From NCBI GenBank assembly GCA_002633005.1, contig NMRA01000885.1, forward strand, positions 33,842 to 97,841: 64,000 nucleotides of DNA, in the 5' to 3' direction. This DNA is from Phoronis australis (Eukaryota; Animalia; Phoronida). A model generated the notes under the pieces. It searched no databases. It was not told the origin of the DNA and saw only the letters and a program-made list of their open reading frames with translations. The position numbers were made by a program, and so were the translations under genes. Of the stretch, positions 13,370 through 30,509 are shown piece by piece (position 1 is the first letter of the stretch; each line of letters opens with the position of its first letter).

Positions 13370-14400
13370 TGCTAAGAAGAGCCGCCGCTGTCCACAACGA
13401 CCTCTGGAGGTGTGCCAACCAAATTGATCAGGCTCGGTCCATTACAGTATGGCTCATCTCGTCTCTCCTACTACTTTATTGGCGCAGCATCAGGAGCCTG
13501 CCCACTTCCCGTAGTCTTCTTGCACCACTGTTCATTCCTCTTCTTCCATATCCACTGCGACGCCCTCTCCGCTCGCTCGCTTATAACACTGATGGCCTTC
13601 TTCCTTTCCTTTCCTGTCACCCTTAATGCACGAAATGCCCTCCATACTGACTGCCCAACAAATCCCCTGCACCCAACTTCAACTGGCCAGTACCATACTC
13701 TGCCACCCCCTACTTCGACATTCCTCGCACAACTGTTGATATTTCTCTTTCTTCCTTCCATGTGCTTCTTCTATCCGCTCTTCCCGTGGCACTGTCAGCT
13801 CCAGCAGTATTACCTCCATCGTTGCCGGTGACCACATCACGATGTCTGGTTTCAGACTTGTCTCCGCTGTCTCACTTGGGAAGGTCATCCTTCGGTACTG
13901 ATCGACGTTAGTCTTCCGCAATGTTCAGCACACCTCCTCCTCCTGTCTTTCCTTGAGTTGAACTACCCGCCAGCACAAAATTAACACACTGTGACCCCTT
14001 CAGCACTTTCTGCTCCTTTTTGCGTTCCCTCTCGAGGCTCTCCGCGATCACCTCCAACACCTGGCCATCCCTCCATGTATATTGTTCGTCTGACAACGCT
14101 GATGAGCATGATGACAGCACGTGTTCCAGGTTTTCTGGCTTCTTACATTACACACAAGTCGGATCTTCCATTAACCAACACACAGTCACGCAAATAGGAT
14201 GGGCTGGCCAAAACATCATATAGAGACCTCAGCAAAAACCTCAATCTACTCTCCTGCATTGCCCAGATCTCTTGCCACTTCAAACTCCTCTGTCTAACTC
14301 CCTGCCAATTCAGCCAACTGCCTTGCTATCTCATGCCTGCTGCTCTGTCTCTTCTTGTTTCTTGTTCCATGCTTCTCACATGCTGCTGTACTATGATACG
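13370..14400 (-). mobile_element. 5'-truncated, frameshifted non-LTR retrotransposon with restriction-like endonuclease (HERO/NeSL-R2 group)
   Basis: Zn-knuckle region ..MLSSC..AL...YTWR, then LKPDIVMWS..VILLELTVP.E...EEAH.RKK.KY and PVEVGCRGF...AERASQWIW, split over three frames. Confidence 0.85.
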
Positions 14401-14429
14401 TCTCTGTTAACCGTGCTTCCTCGTGAATA

Positions 14430-14555
14430 TGAGTCCGTGTCCCGGGTATATAGGTGCGTGGAACGTGTTTTGTGAGTCCGTTCCCGTGTTTGTGAATCAG
14501 TGGACGGTGTTTGCAGTCCGTGAGTCGTGTTTATGAGTCCGTTGACCGTGTAGTT
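14430..14555. repeat. Degenerate ~21-bp minisatellite (CCGTGTTTGTGAGTCCGT-like)
   Basis: About five imperfect copies visible. Confidence 0.45.
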
Positions 14556-16180
14556 TAGGTACCTTGTAGATGGAGTGCTAGTTGTTACATATTCCATCAA
14601 TGCTTTCTGCACATTGAATGAATGACCGTTACTGTATAGAATTTTACCACCCTAATAGTTATTACCAGTATTGTTTGTTGTTAACAGAATCAGCCATCAT
14701 GATGTGAAAACAGGATTTTGTCTTGTATTGTATGTAATCCTTTCAGCGGTCCTGTTGCCCAGATGTCTGCCTTTGAGATAAACGTCATGGCTCAGTTGTC
14801 TTTCTCAGTCTACCAGTAAATGATATTTTCTCACATGGTCTGACCTTGGGATCAGACGACCATGGACATTCAATGCATTACTCTTGTAAAATAGTCCTCG
14901 TTGGTACTGCTGATCTGTGGAAATTATCCGTTCAAATGTTAAGACTTCTAAATCAAAAAGACTAGGTAGGCATATAGACTGTGGTCATAGTAACGCTACG
15001 GTAATACTTGGAAACTCATGCAGATGGGGGAACTTAAATTACCACTGGAGCCGACAGAGTTAAGTTGTATTATGCACAGATCTGTCAACTGTTGAAATGC
15101 TGGTATGTTCCTCAAAATTGGGACATTCTAAGTCCAGGATTATGGGTAAAAATTCTTCAGTGTGAGAGATTCTATGACAGACAAATGGAATTTTATTTTG
15201 TCAAAATACTCAACTAAGGAATTTCTAAGTAAATTTAACATGGCATATACAGTTACCAACTGTTACCAAACGATTCATTTGGAACATTGTAATGGGCTTT
15301 TGAAAAATAGAAAACATTCTCAATTTTAGCAGTTATTTTTGCCAAAATCAATGATTTTACACAATATTTTTTCCCTTTTTGTGGTGAGTGTGTTGAGAAA
15401 ATTAATATTATTTAACCCAGTCAAGTTTTTTAGTTTGAACTTCTCTTTGGCACCCCTTGATTTTGATCATTTGTCAATATGTTGTGTTGTTGTGTGTCAA
15501 TGGATTTGAAATTGTTACCAAATTACCATTAGTACCAAGACCTATTCCTGGACACTTATTTGTCATTTTTAGCGTAATAAGCATGTCTGAGGGAGGCTGT
15601 CTCTAGAAATCATTTATATTTAAATTTTATTTTTAAGGTATTGCTAATATATGGTTAACACTTACTAACAGATGACCTAGAACTGAACTGTTCTAGGAAT
15701 CTCAGTTTACTAAATAGTAAAAACTGGTTACAATTTATCCTTAGTAATCGGAATTTGTACTTACAGTCGCAGTGGTAAATACATGTATTTTGTGTGAAAT
15801 GCTGACAAGAGAAAGTGTAAAGAACTTCATGTTAAATACCGAGTTACACTGTGCCAAAATCGACAACATGGAGTAATTTACTAACACCAAGATTATGAAC
15901 TTACAGTAATTGGGTTCCGTATTTCTTCACCTATTTATTGTGCTATATCGGAATTTTGTTTTGTCATATTTCTAAGCAAAAATAAAAATTGAGAAATTTT
16001 ATTGTTGGCTATATGAGTACCCTGTCATAACACATTTTTTTCAAAATATCCAATATTTGTATCTGAAGGTAATCAGTGTTTGAAAAATAGAAAAATGACA
16101 AATTTGGTGATTACTTTTGTGTGAAATAAATGAAGAAGTACTTATATGCACAGTAATGCCGGCAATGGTTCTCTTTGTCT

Positions 16181-16905
16181 AGTCTGGGAGGATAAGAATT
16201 AAGTTTAAAATCCTACACAGCACTAATTTGGTCAAACGACTGAAGTCACCAACTTCAAACTTGAATAATTCAAGTAAGAGATAATGATGAATCATTGCCC
16301 TCATTGGAATCATCCTTGAACTCCAATTGGTTCATTTCATTACCCAATGTAATTGGGAACAGTATTCACTGTCTTAAAATGGCAAAACAGGATTCCATCC
16401 TAAATATGAACTAAAGATGGCGCTGTGTGTGGCTTTGACTGCATTTGTACCCCGTAGGACTAGCATTTGTGCTTTTTCATTATAATTAATGTAAATAGTG
16501 GTAACATGTTTAGTATTTTGCTAACCAATCGTGTGGTCCATCTTGATCTTGTTTTGCAGTTTGTTACGATGGTAAGTCATTCATCATTTGGGAGTTGATG
16601 AATATGATGAAAGCAAAAGCACACGATACATGTATTTTTTATGGACGCTTTCCCTTTTTTCATCGTACTCTGAAGTGGTTTCCTGAACTATTTAATATAC
16701 TCCTGTCCATTCAATGTGTTCAGTATATGGGTTCACAATTAAGACTGCCCAATACGTAGGTGACATTTTTGATGGTGACAGTCCTAATATAACCTCCGTA
16801 TAGAGTGTCCCCCATGACTCTGGTGTCATACCTGCCTCTATCTGCCAGCGGAGCACCTTGGCATAAATGTGCATGTACTGTATGTTGACATTCAAATACA
16901 GTGCA
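16181..16905 (+). repeat. Direct repeat, high-identity copy of 32421-33146
   Basis: Colinear match over ~720 bp with scattered substitutions and small indels. Confidence 0.9.
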
Positions 16906-18311
16906 CACCACCGTTAAAATAAATGAAAAACTTCCTTGGACCTCTTAATGTCACATTTTAGAAAGGGCTCCGAAACTAAATGGACATCGAGCTCCATAAA
17001 CAGAATTTATATTTGCTTTCATACTATCTTGCATTGGTGCTGCCGGCCACTCAGGATGGGGAGAGGCTTCATAGTTTCAGTAGACAAGTGCATTTTTTCG
17101 ATTTTCTTCACCTGCATCCAAAAACTTGCAGTCCCACAGCTTACGCCGATGCTCTCATCAGACCCGAGTTAACTCAGTATGAAAAGACTTACAGAGCTGT
17201 TGTGCGCATGTGATAACATCTAGATCTTTTGTTAACTGACCAGCCCATTCTTTTTTGGTATGATAACATGCCGACCAATTATCTACCCGCCTTAATACCG
17301 ACCCAATGTGAACACCGTCAAAACAAACCGTCGAACAGATAAGATTGTCTTAATATCTTCAGTTGTGGTTGGTCGATTTTGGTGTTTGAAAGACTAAACA
17401 TGATCCGCAATTGGCGAGGAATTCATTAATGTTAGTGGTTTATGGCCAAACATTTTATGATATGACTTTTATTTTTAACAGCGCAGCCCAATCAGACTAG
17501 ATATGATCTTAGCTGAGATTAGAGATAATATCAAACAAAAAACCGCTTACCCACTAACCTTAAATGCCAGAATGAAATTTATCAGTCTTGTAACATATTG
17601 GCTACAGCAGTCATCTACCCAACTTGTTGCTGTGCTATGCAACCGAACAAGTTGGACTCAACGAGACAACGCCGTAATGGGCTTTGAATTGTCCTCTTTA
17701 AAGTGTATTTCCTCTTTCTAGTTTTGATTTCCTATTCTTTGATTTCCATTTTCCTGTTTTTTGCTCTTGTTGTCATTATTTTGATTTTTATGCTAAAACG
17801 TTATTTCAGTTAAGTTTTACAACACAAAATATATTTCTACCACACAAGCCAATATGTGGAACAATACGACACCTGGAAAAATTTCCTCTTCTTTATACAT
17901 TGTCATTCCAAGCCTTCATTTCATTAACATAATCAGTTTCTTACTTCTCACCCAGAGCTGTTTCTTAGTCTCATGTTTGCAAAATTGATAAACATGTGCG
18001 TAAAGACCTGCAAAACGCGGGATGTTTTGAACATGTGTTATTTATTTTCTAACGAATTTCGACAACATTTTTTCCATAAATATGTAATTTTTATTTCTTT
18101 ACCTTTAAAAATAGTGAACAATATTTAGCATAATTGCATGTTGAGTAAACGTGTCTGGATTACCCTCTTCAAAATGCAACATCTCTACATGTACATGTAC
18201 GAAACTACTTTTACTCTTCAGTTATCAAATGCCAGTAACTGTTCATGCAAACAGGTTACCAAATATCAGGCACAAATCAATAAAAGCTGAAAGGCATGTA
18301 TCGTGATATCA

Positions 18312-18317
18312 TTTATT
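18312..18317 (-). terminator. Candidate polyadenylation signal AATAAA of gene B
   Basis: AATAAA on the minus strand ~45 nt after the stop codon. Confidence 0.45.
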
Positions 18318-18360
18318 TTCGTATTCAAGTCAGTTACCTCTACACGTCACCATAATTCGT

Positions 18361-22625
<4,265 letters not shown>

Positions 22626-22724
22626 TTGATCGAGATGCAGCGTCATTGTTCTCATTCGGGTTAACACGGTGAAATGTTGTTGAATGTTCCTGTTGCAGTG
22701 CCACTGGTCTTTCGCCGAGAAGCG

Positions 22725-22731
22725 TTTTATA
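22725..22731 (-). promoter_or_regulatory. Candidate TATA box (TATAAAA) of gene B
   Basis: About 100 nt upstream of the ATG at 22625, with a CCAGT Inr-like motif ~25 nt downstream. Confidence 0.5.
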
Positions 22732-24920
22732 GACGGCGATCTTTTCACAAGATTATAAAAACCCTTGAAAAAGTATCCGTTATCGATCGGTATCTCTACA
22801 ACCAATCGGATGCGAAGCATCCAACTCGTAACTGACGACCTATGTACATGCAGCTAACTTCGTCTGGGGTAACGGGTGATATTTATCGTCTTTAAAGGCG
22901 AAGGCAACCTGTTTTCATGTCATTTTTAGCAAAAATAAGGTTCGTTGATTATCTCAGCCACATTTTTCACTTATTTAATGCTTTTCGTAATTTAATTAAT
23001 TACTCTTTACTTTTTATAATAAAATCTGAATAATTTATTTGTGATGCCTTAACTTTAGCTTGATATTCATAATGTCTGAGCCGAAATGGCCCCATTAAAT
23101 TTAATATGTTTAATTTTTTCATTAATACAATTTTAGGAATCAGGAAAGGCTGATGCTGAAGAAGCGGCTTCTGCTGAAGTTGGAGACCTGCCGATTATTA
23201 GTAAAGGTTGGGTATGGAAAAGTTCAAAACCAGCAAGAAATTACCCTTCTGGACAACTAAGTGAGGGGGCTAGAGAGAGACCGAAAAGTCTACTCCCAGA
23301 AGATATGTCAAAGAGAATTTATAACTTGAGGAACGAGTCCGGGAAAAAGTATTTGCCAAAGATTACTGGGTTTTACCACAACAGGTCCAATGTAATTTGT
23401 TGAGATAGGCCGCTCTCAGTAAATGTGGGGAAACTGGGACAGAGGAAGTGGAGTATGCATTGAAAGAGGCAATCTGCGATTGTCAAGGATGTAGCATTGT
23501 AAAAATTCAAAGGGAGGAGACAGTACTGTGGCTGGACCTGTAAATACTCTGGCTGATTTGCTAAATCCATTGGTGGTATCATTATGTCAGCACAGCTGTG
23601 TAGGGAAGTAGTCTTGTGTATTTTTGCAAGCTTTGTTTGCACCAGAACTGCTGTGTGAATAGAACAAATCTAAATTTACCTGTATTGATTTTTTGCCCAG
23701 CCACCAATCATGATCCTGGGCCAGTGGATTATGTTGGTACAGCCACATTGTAATGGGTACATTATTTTTTTTGTTTAGCCACTGGATTTTTTGGTCTGAT
23801 AGCATTTTTCAGTGTGGCCAACACATTTAGACGTTTGTTTCGTGATTTCTGACCAATGTACTGTTCCTTTTCCTTGAAACTGTAAAATTGATCAGAAGTT
23901 GTGTTTCCGCATTTTATTTACCATTAGAGATTTTTGTTTGTAAATGAGTATTTATTACTGACATTTGAGCCCCTGTTGTAGTTAGGCTGGTTGTAACACT
24001 CCTTTCAGGAGGTAAAGTTTTGATTTAGACCATTTACCTTCATAAAATTTTCTCAATTATGTTCCTGATGCAGATGGGAAGTGATTTCTGGAATTGCAGC
24101 AAATTGACAGTTTGTTATTCCTCAAGACCACGCTGTGTGCATAAAATCACACACCGTTAGACAAGCCATCTTACAGAGCCTGATCAGAATTGACTAGGAA
24201 ATAAAATACCTATTTCATGATGGTAAGTTGTCTAAATCAAAAGTTGTTTTATGTGATAGTAGGCGGGTTTATGTCCACTTCAAAGGATGTTTTGTTGCAG
24301 TACTGAAAAATGTTAGCACATTAGCCCTGGTGATTGTGGTGGTTATTTTTGATAAGAACATGGATGTGGTTCCGACAGCTACCTCAAAGTTGTAAAGAAG
24401 GAGAAATTTACAATGTTGCCAGCGACATTGCAAAATCCCTTTCTCGCAGTGAGACTACATCACCTTAAATGTAATTCCCTGACTTCACTTGATGGGTTTT
24501 ATGTGGTTGACTCTGTCCTCTATCAATGGGGCTATTCGGAGAATTCTCCTCGCGGTGTCGCTGCTGTACTAGTGGTGATTGAATTGCGCATGCGTGGCTG
24601 TCTGCATGTAAACAACTGGTAAAAGATGGAATTTTTATCAAAATACGTCGTCTCGCTAAGCCTTATTGACTTGGGTTGTTGTGATGAAAGTAGCAAAAAT
24701 TATTTGTAATGAAAAATTATTGAAAACTGTGTGAACAAAAGGTGACAAAAAGACATATGGTGACTTGTTTGTTGGTTTGTAGTCACCTTTTAAGTTTGGG
24801 ATTGAGGCCATAAAAATTTCAGTTAAAGACTGTTAAAGGTAATTATTGGCTAAAAGAGGGAAAAAGTCACCACGAATAGACTCCCAAAGTCTGATGATTT
24901 TGGTGAGAAGATATTTATGT

Positions 24921-26614
24921 TTATGCGCGCACACATTTATATGTGGATGCAATATGCTGTCATCGGGCGTCTGTCTGGCGTCCTCTGCTCTATCTCCCAA
25001 ACCCTTTGGCGTATATGTTCACGAAAGTTTGCATGTGTGTAACTTTCTTTCGTAGATTAGTGAACTTTCGAACGGTTTCGAATACTGGCGTGACCCCTAG
25101 TGGCAATTTTAGATTTTTACGTTTACCTCTGTATCTTCAAAGGTCCTCAATGGATTTTCTTAAAATTTGGCATGTAGGCATCTATTAGTGAGATGATGCT
25201 ATCCTCTCGTTTTCTGATGGATTCGAGATCTTTTGTGTCATCGAGTGGCCATTTTTACTGTTTTCAAGTCTGTTTTTTGGGCGTCGTCCCCTCTATCAAC
25301 CGGAATGATTGTGAATGTTCTTACTGTGAAGAGGACAGCTGACGATGATTTTCTGAAGACTGTGGCTATTCCTAGTGGCAGTTTTGCTTTGTTTTGCACC
25401 AATGGCTGTATCTTCTAAACACTGTGCAGGACTTTTTATTTACTTTAGCATTATTGTATATTTACATGAAGTTGGCAATGGATGACGACGATTTTCCGAC
25501 GGAGCTGAGTGCTGATGTGCCCCCTTGTGGCAGTTTTAGTTTTTTAAGTTTGCCTCTCTATCTTCAAAGGTCCTCAACAGATTTTCATGAAACTTAGCTT
25601 AGCCATCTATTATCAAGATGACGCTATCCTCCCGTTTTCGGATGGATTCGAGGTATTTTGCGTCACCTAGTGGCCATTTTTTCTGTTTTCGAGTTTGTTT
25701 GTCGGCGTCCACCCCTCTGTCGACCAAACCACTTTAAGAATGATAAATTGTGAAAATTGGCATATATGTTGTTATTATGAAGAGAATGGCTGAAGATGAT
25801 TTTCCCACGACTTTGACCACTGTGGTGCCTCCTAGTGGCAATTTTGTTTTTTGTTCCCATGGCTGCATTTCCTAAACCCGCCGTATAATCTTCACTAAAT
25901 TTAGCAAGTGTATAATGAAGGTGACAACAGATGACGACGACTTTCGTATGAATCTGACTACCGCCGTGCCCCCTGGTGGCAATTCTATTTTTTTACATTT
26001 ACCTGTATCTTCAAAGGTCCTTAACGGATTTTCATTGGTAAGATGATGCTATACTTCCGTATTCGGATGGATTCAAGATATTTTGCACCACCTGGTTGGC
26101 ATTTTTGGTGTTTTTAAGTCTTTTTTTGGCGTTGGCCCCTCTATCAACCAAACCACTCTAAGGATGTTTTTAAAAATTAGATTGTGTTCTCAGTGTGAAG
26201 AGAATGGTTGACAACGACAACTTTGACTGCTGTGGTGAATCCTAGTGGCAGTTTTGTTTTGTTTCGCGTTCATAGCTGTATCTCCTAAATCCACTCCAGT
26301 ATCTTTATTAAATTTAGAAAGTATGAAGTTAACACAAGATGTCGACTTTCAGAAAGAACCGATGAACGCTGTGTCACCTAGTGGCAATTTCATTCTTTTC
26401 GGTTTTCCTTTGTTTCTGTCAATTTTTTTGACAGATAAATTTACCATACCTTTTTATTAATATAGAAATGATGGCATGTTCTCGTATTTGGATGGATTCG
26501 ACGTATTTTGTGCTATCTTGTGGTCATTTTTTGATACAAATTAGCAACCCCATAAACACACCATTTGTGGTGCAAATTCGTGGGCACATTTCAGCGCTCC
26601 GGGTTGCACTTGTT
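24921..26614 (+). mobile_element. Helentron/DINE-1/pearl-like non-autonomous element with internal tandem repeats (same family as 1290-3600)
   Basis: Interrupts sequence that is contiguous in unit 1 (~5805); GCGTCTGTCTGGCGTCC near the 5' end, repeated CCTAGTGGCA/GATGGATTCG units, ends ...GCACTTGTT. Confidence 0.65.
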
Positions 26615-26736
26615 ACAATTGAAGTCTGTTGCAGGCATAGTTACTCCATGCTAATAGTGAATAATTGACGTGTATTTTTGTGAATCTGCTTTTAGGATTT
26701 CTATATCTGTGACTGATGCTTGTGTGCACTTTGCAG

Positions 26737-26827
26737 GATTTGCCCGTTCCATATCGGGGATCGGCAGCGGTAACTACACTGACTACGTGGCCACCAGGTG
26801 GTACAGGTCCACGGAGCTGTTGCTTGG
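26737..26827 (+). pseudogene. Orphan CDKL5-like kinase activation-loop exon ([31 protein letters not shown])
   Basis: ttgcag acceptor, GG|GTGGGT donor, 91 nt; TDY motif and [13 protein letters not shown] as in CDKL kinases; SPE changed to STE; no other intact kinase exons found in the window. Confidence 0.75.
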
Positions 26828-28015
26828 GTGGGTAACATTGATGCAAGATTGACAGTCTAACAGTTCAAAGATTCTTGTATGTGGTACTAGTCAGTAATGT
26901 GAGACAACTGCGTGACTGTGTTTAACGTAAAATGCAATCCATGCTCGGTGTATGTGACCAAATATAAATAAACTTTAAGAAAAATACACTGTTGGAAACT
27001 ATTTTTTATTCCACTCGTTTCCAATGACTCATATCGATGCTAGTCCTTATTTCGCTCTTGAACAATTGTGCTAGAACATTTTCTTGCAGTGTAGGGCATA
27101 GATGGCGCATTGTACTAGCATTTTGTCATGTCAGTATAACAAAACATGACACCGTTATAATCTCTTAAGCATTTTTTACCAAATATCTTACAATTCGTGA
27201 CAAATTGCTGCCCAAATTAGTTCATACCAGTAAGTATCCAATGAACTTCTTGCACAATTACCAACTGCTATATTTCCTTCTTGTCTCTTGTTAAATGGTC
27301 GCAAGTATCAAGACTCTGATCTGAGGAGGCTTGTTAATTACCAACGCCAGAAATTTGTAACATGCACTACTGCGCATGCGCTAAATCTTGCCAGCAGCCC
27401 TCCATAAGAGCAGGCTATAATCAGGAATTTATAAGCGAGGGGAGATAACTGCACAATTTGCCGATAGCCTGTCGCATAGAGTGTATGTTAAGACTTGTTA
27501 CTGCCAAATATCAGCGTCATTGGTGAAAAATTTTCCACGTCTCTTGAAGTTTGAAGTTTGTTCCATTCAGGCCTATGTTAACGATCGTCCGGAAGCCCAT
27601 ATCTGAGCGCATAGCTCATTTTGAAGTCAAGTTTGTGGCTGAATTCATTTTGCCATCGGATTTGCCGATAGCGGAGGTGATTACCAGGAGTACTCAGAGG
27701 TTGCTGGTTCAAATTTCATGCTGTTTTTTGAAAAATTTTCCACGTCTCTTGTGTTCAGAAAATGGATCCACGTACAGTGCTGTGAGATTAAATGTTGCCG
27801 ATCGCGCCGGCTGTCTTGCAATGGAATTTGCACTGAAGCTGTTCAAAGATTTGTACTTTGCTTTAACTTGAATTTATAATCAAAGAAATCTTTTCAACTG
27901 GACTATTGTATCATTAAGTTGAATGTAATAATCTTATAAACTGAAATTGATATACTGCTAACAGCCAATTATGAAAACAGTTGTTGCCAATGGACACCAA
28001 AGAACCATTATAAGC

Positions 28016-28791
28016 TTATTTCCACGTTATTTCTACTCTTAACTGATGACCCCTGTCCCACACATAAAGCACTTTATCCATGGGGTCATAATGAGCGTGT
28101 GCTGCATAGCCATATTCATTACTGTAACTTATACCTGGGTTGGTGACAATGTTGTTGTCACATGTGTCAAACACATGCGAGATGGAGCTGCTTTCATAAC
28201 GATAGCTGTCGGTCACGTAAAGTTTGCCGCAGACCATAAATGCATTGCCCTTTGACGTTTTTGTGATGGGAATTTGCCAGGTTTTGTCAACGGCGAATGT
28301 CAGTGGGTCAACCCTGCCCAAGACGAAGTTACAATTTTGGTCTACGTTTGCCCAAACAATATAAACCCCTGATTCATCGAATTCAATGTCAATATCAGAA
28401 AATCCGCGCCACTGGTAAGAGCATTTATTTCTAAAGGCCACGTTAGTGCCGAAGTTTGACAATTTAATCAATTTGTATGGCTTGCTCAAGTTTGCCAAGT
28501 CATACACAAGTACCAGTGATGCATTTGTCTGTGCGCAGAACAGTTTTCCACCAATCATCTGGGCTTGAGCGCCATCGCAACCTGTTGGCAAGCGGTAAGA
28601 CTTGACATTTTGGTTGTTTGTGAAGTCTGCCTCTGAAGGATATAGGTTTAGAGTTCTTGCATTATCGTAACCATCCATGCTGTAGAACGCTCCTGTTTTT
28701 GATAGTTGGTCCCTTCCAAATGTACCTTGAGTAGAGCCTCTTTGGGAGAGAACCTGTCCCTTCTTGAACCCCAGTATGTCTCTGCATTTGG
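28016..28791 (-). CDS. Gene C terminal exon: complete olfactomedin (OLF) domain on one phase-1 exon
   Basis: Frame open for 257 codons + stop from the ttcacag acceptor at 28792; OLF motifs YQWRGFSDIDIEFDESG, GNAFMVCGKLY, YDPMDKVLYVWDRGH. Confidence 0.9.
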
Positions 28792-30112
28792 CTGTGAATG
28801 CAATTAGTTATGCGTGACTACTCCACATTCAGCAACTGATGGGCAGATTATGTTAAATATTATCAACTGTACAAAGTATAGTCTGTGAAAATGCCTTTGT
28901 TTAGGTGAAATTATTTTGATTGAAACGGTGGAAAATAAATTGCAATCTGTGTTCTTCGGGTAAAAACTTGTCTCAAGTCTTAGACATTAAATGTCACAAA
29001 AATTACCACAGTTCCAAAGGCTATACATGACTACACTTATCTGTACAAAGTGTGTGAAGTTTTGCGTTTCATGACCGCGTTTTGTCGTTCAGCAACTTTT
29101 CCAGACGTGAGGGGTTCTGAACGTGCGATAACATCTGGCTCTTTTGTTAACTGCCCAGCACATGTTTTGTGCCGTATGACAACAAGCAGGCCAATTATCT
29201 CCCAGGCTTCAAACGGTTACCGAAACCTGGCAGAATGGATTGTCTTAACTTCTGTAAGTTGTAGTTGGACAATTTTGGTGATTCAAAAACTATAAATATG
29301 ATCACCGTTTGACAAGGAATTCAGAAATGCTGTTTGTTTATATTCAAATATGTTACAACTTATCTTTCATTTTTAGCAGAACAGACCAGTTAGGCTACAT
29401 ACCATATGATCGGTGATTAGAGTAATTATCGAACAAAAGAGAGCTGGCCCTCTAACCACAAATGCGAAAAAGAAGTTAATCAGTGGTGTAAAATATTGGC
29501 TACAGGGGTTATCTCCCCAACTTGTTGTTGGGCTATAGAATCGAACTAGTTGGGAGCAACGGGAAAACGACGTAATGTTTCAGGATTTTTACTAGGACAC
29601 CTAACAAAATCTTAGGATGCATTGGTGACCTGCTTGTCGCCAAATTGAGCCCTGGCATTTTTGGAGAAGCATTAAAATGCTTTCTAAAGATGATAACATT
29701 GCAGCTCCAGCATATCTCTTATAAGATATTTTGTTTTAATTTTCTAAAACGACTTTAGCAAAAATGATATTGACAAGGAAATGCTAACAATTCTTTTTGA
29801 CTCACTTGCTTGTAAAATCTATCTTCCAGGGAACCAATCAGGATTCAAGTTCTGTCGCTTATTTTTATAATGGGCAATATCCTGTCATGGATTTCATTGT
29901 TTTAGTCCTAACTACTGCAAACTTGTTATTTGCCAGGTGGCGCAAACGAATAATGAGTCTTGGTTTTTGTTACACGAATAGAGAACAGAGAAGCAGTTGA
30001 CTAGCATGGGGTCATTCCTGAACTTAGGGCCCCACGTGTCTACCTAAGTGCCTGGATGTCAGATGGTATCATTAACTCTACCGTAGGAATTTCGAGTTGT
30101 CCATTCACTTAC

Positions 30113-30178
30113 CATTAGTTTCTTTGTTCTTACTTACAGTCTCATTCATCAACATGGCATAGGTCAAATTCAGGTGAC
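30113..30178 (-). CDS. Gene C 66-nt phase 1-1 linker micro-exon ([22 protein letters not shown])
   Basis: Paralog of 8518-8568; ttacag/GTAAGT; in frame with the OLF exon. Confidence 0.75.
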
Positions 30179-30249
30179 CTGTAATTAAATTAAACGAGCT
30201 GTTACAATTTGCTTAACACTGACATCAACAAACTTTGTCTCAGTCATCT

Positions 30250-30304
30250 TTTTTGAAAGTCTAGTTTTGAAAGGAGTAGTGTACAAATTTATCTGTGCTG
30301 GATG
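30250..30304 (+). mobile_element. Tiny Penelope-like GIY-YIG fragment (VVYKFICAGC) at the inversion breakpoint
   Basis: GTA GTG TAC AAA TTT ATC TGT GCT GGA TGT resembles the VVYKFxCxxC start of Penelope endonuclease domains; very short. Confidence 0.4.
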
Positions 30305-30509
30305 TCTGCACAACTGAAATATCTGTCTCGTGTTTACAAGCAAATGAATACAGACTTGAACAACCTAGACGCAACCCACAACAAACTGGAACAGGATTTT
30401 GCTAACCACACACAAAAAGCAAAGGAAACTGATGACTTCCTCAAGTCCCAACAACAAGGCTTACAAATGCAGCAGGCAATATTAATAACGGAGCTTAATG
30501 ACCTTGAAA
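30304..30509 (+). pseudogene. Inverted, 5'-truncated copy of the coiled-coil exon (3' ~68 codons) of gene C, followed by inverted intron 1 to ~31365
   Basis: [19 protein letters not shown]...ELNDLE A|GTAAGA matches the end of the gene A coiled-coil exon but on the opposite strand; 30510-31365 matches the reverse complement of ~8640-9445. Confidence 0.88.

Noticed and set aside
23130-24450. Coding-looking, stop-riddled plus-strand stretch unique to unit 2
   Set aside because: Probably a decayed transposon, but no recognisable motif.
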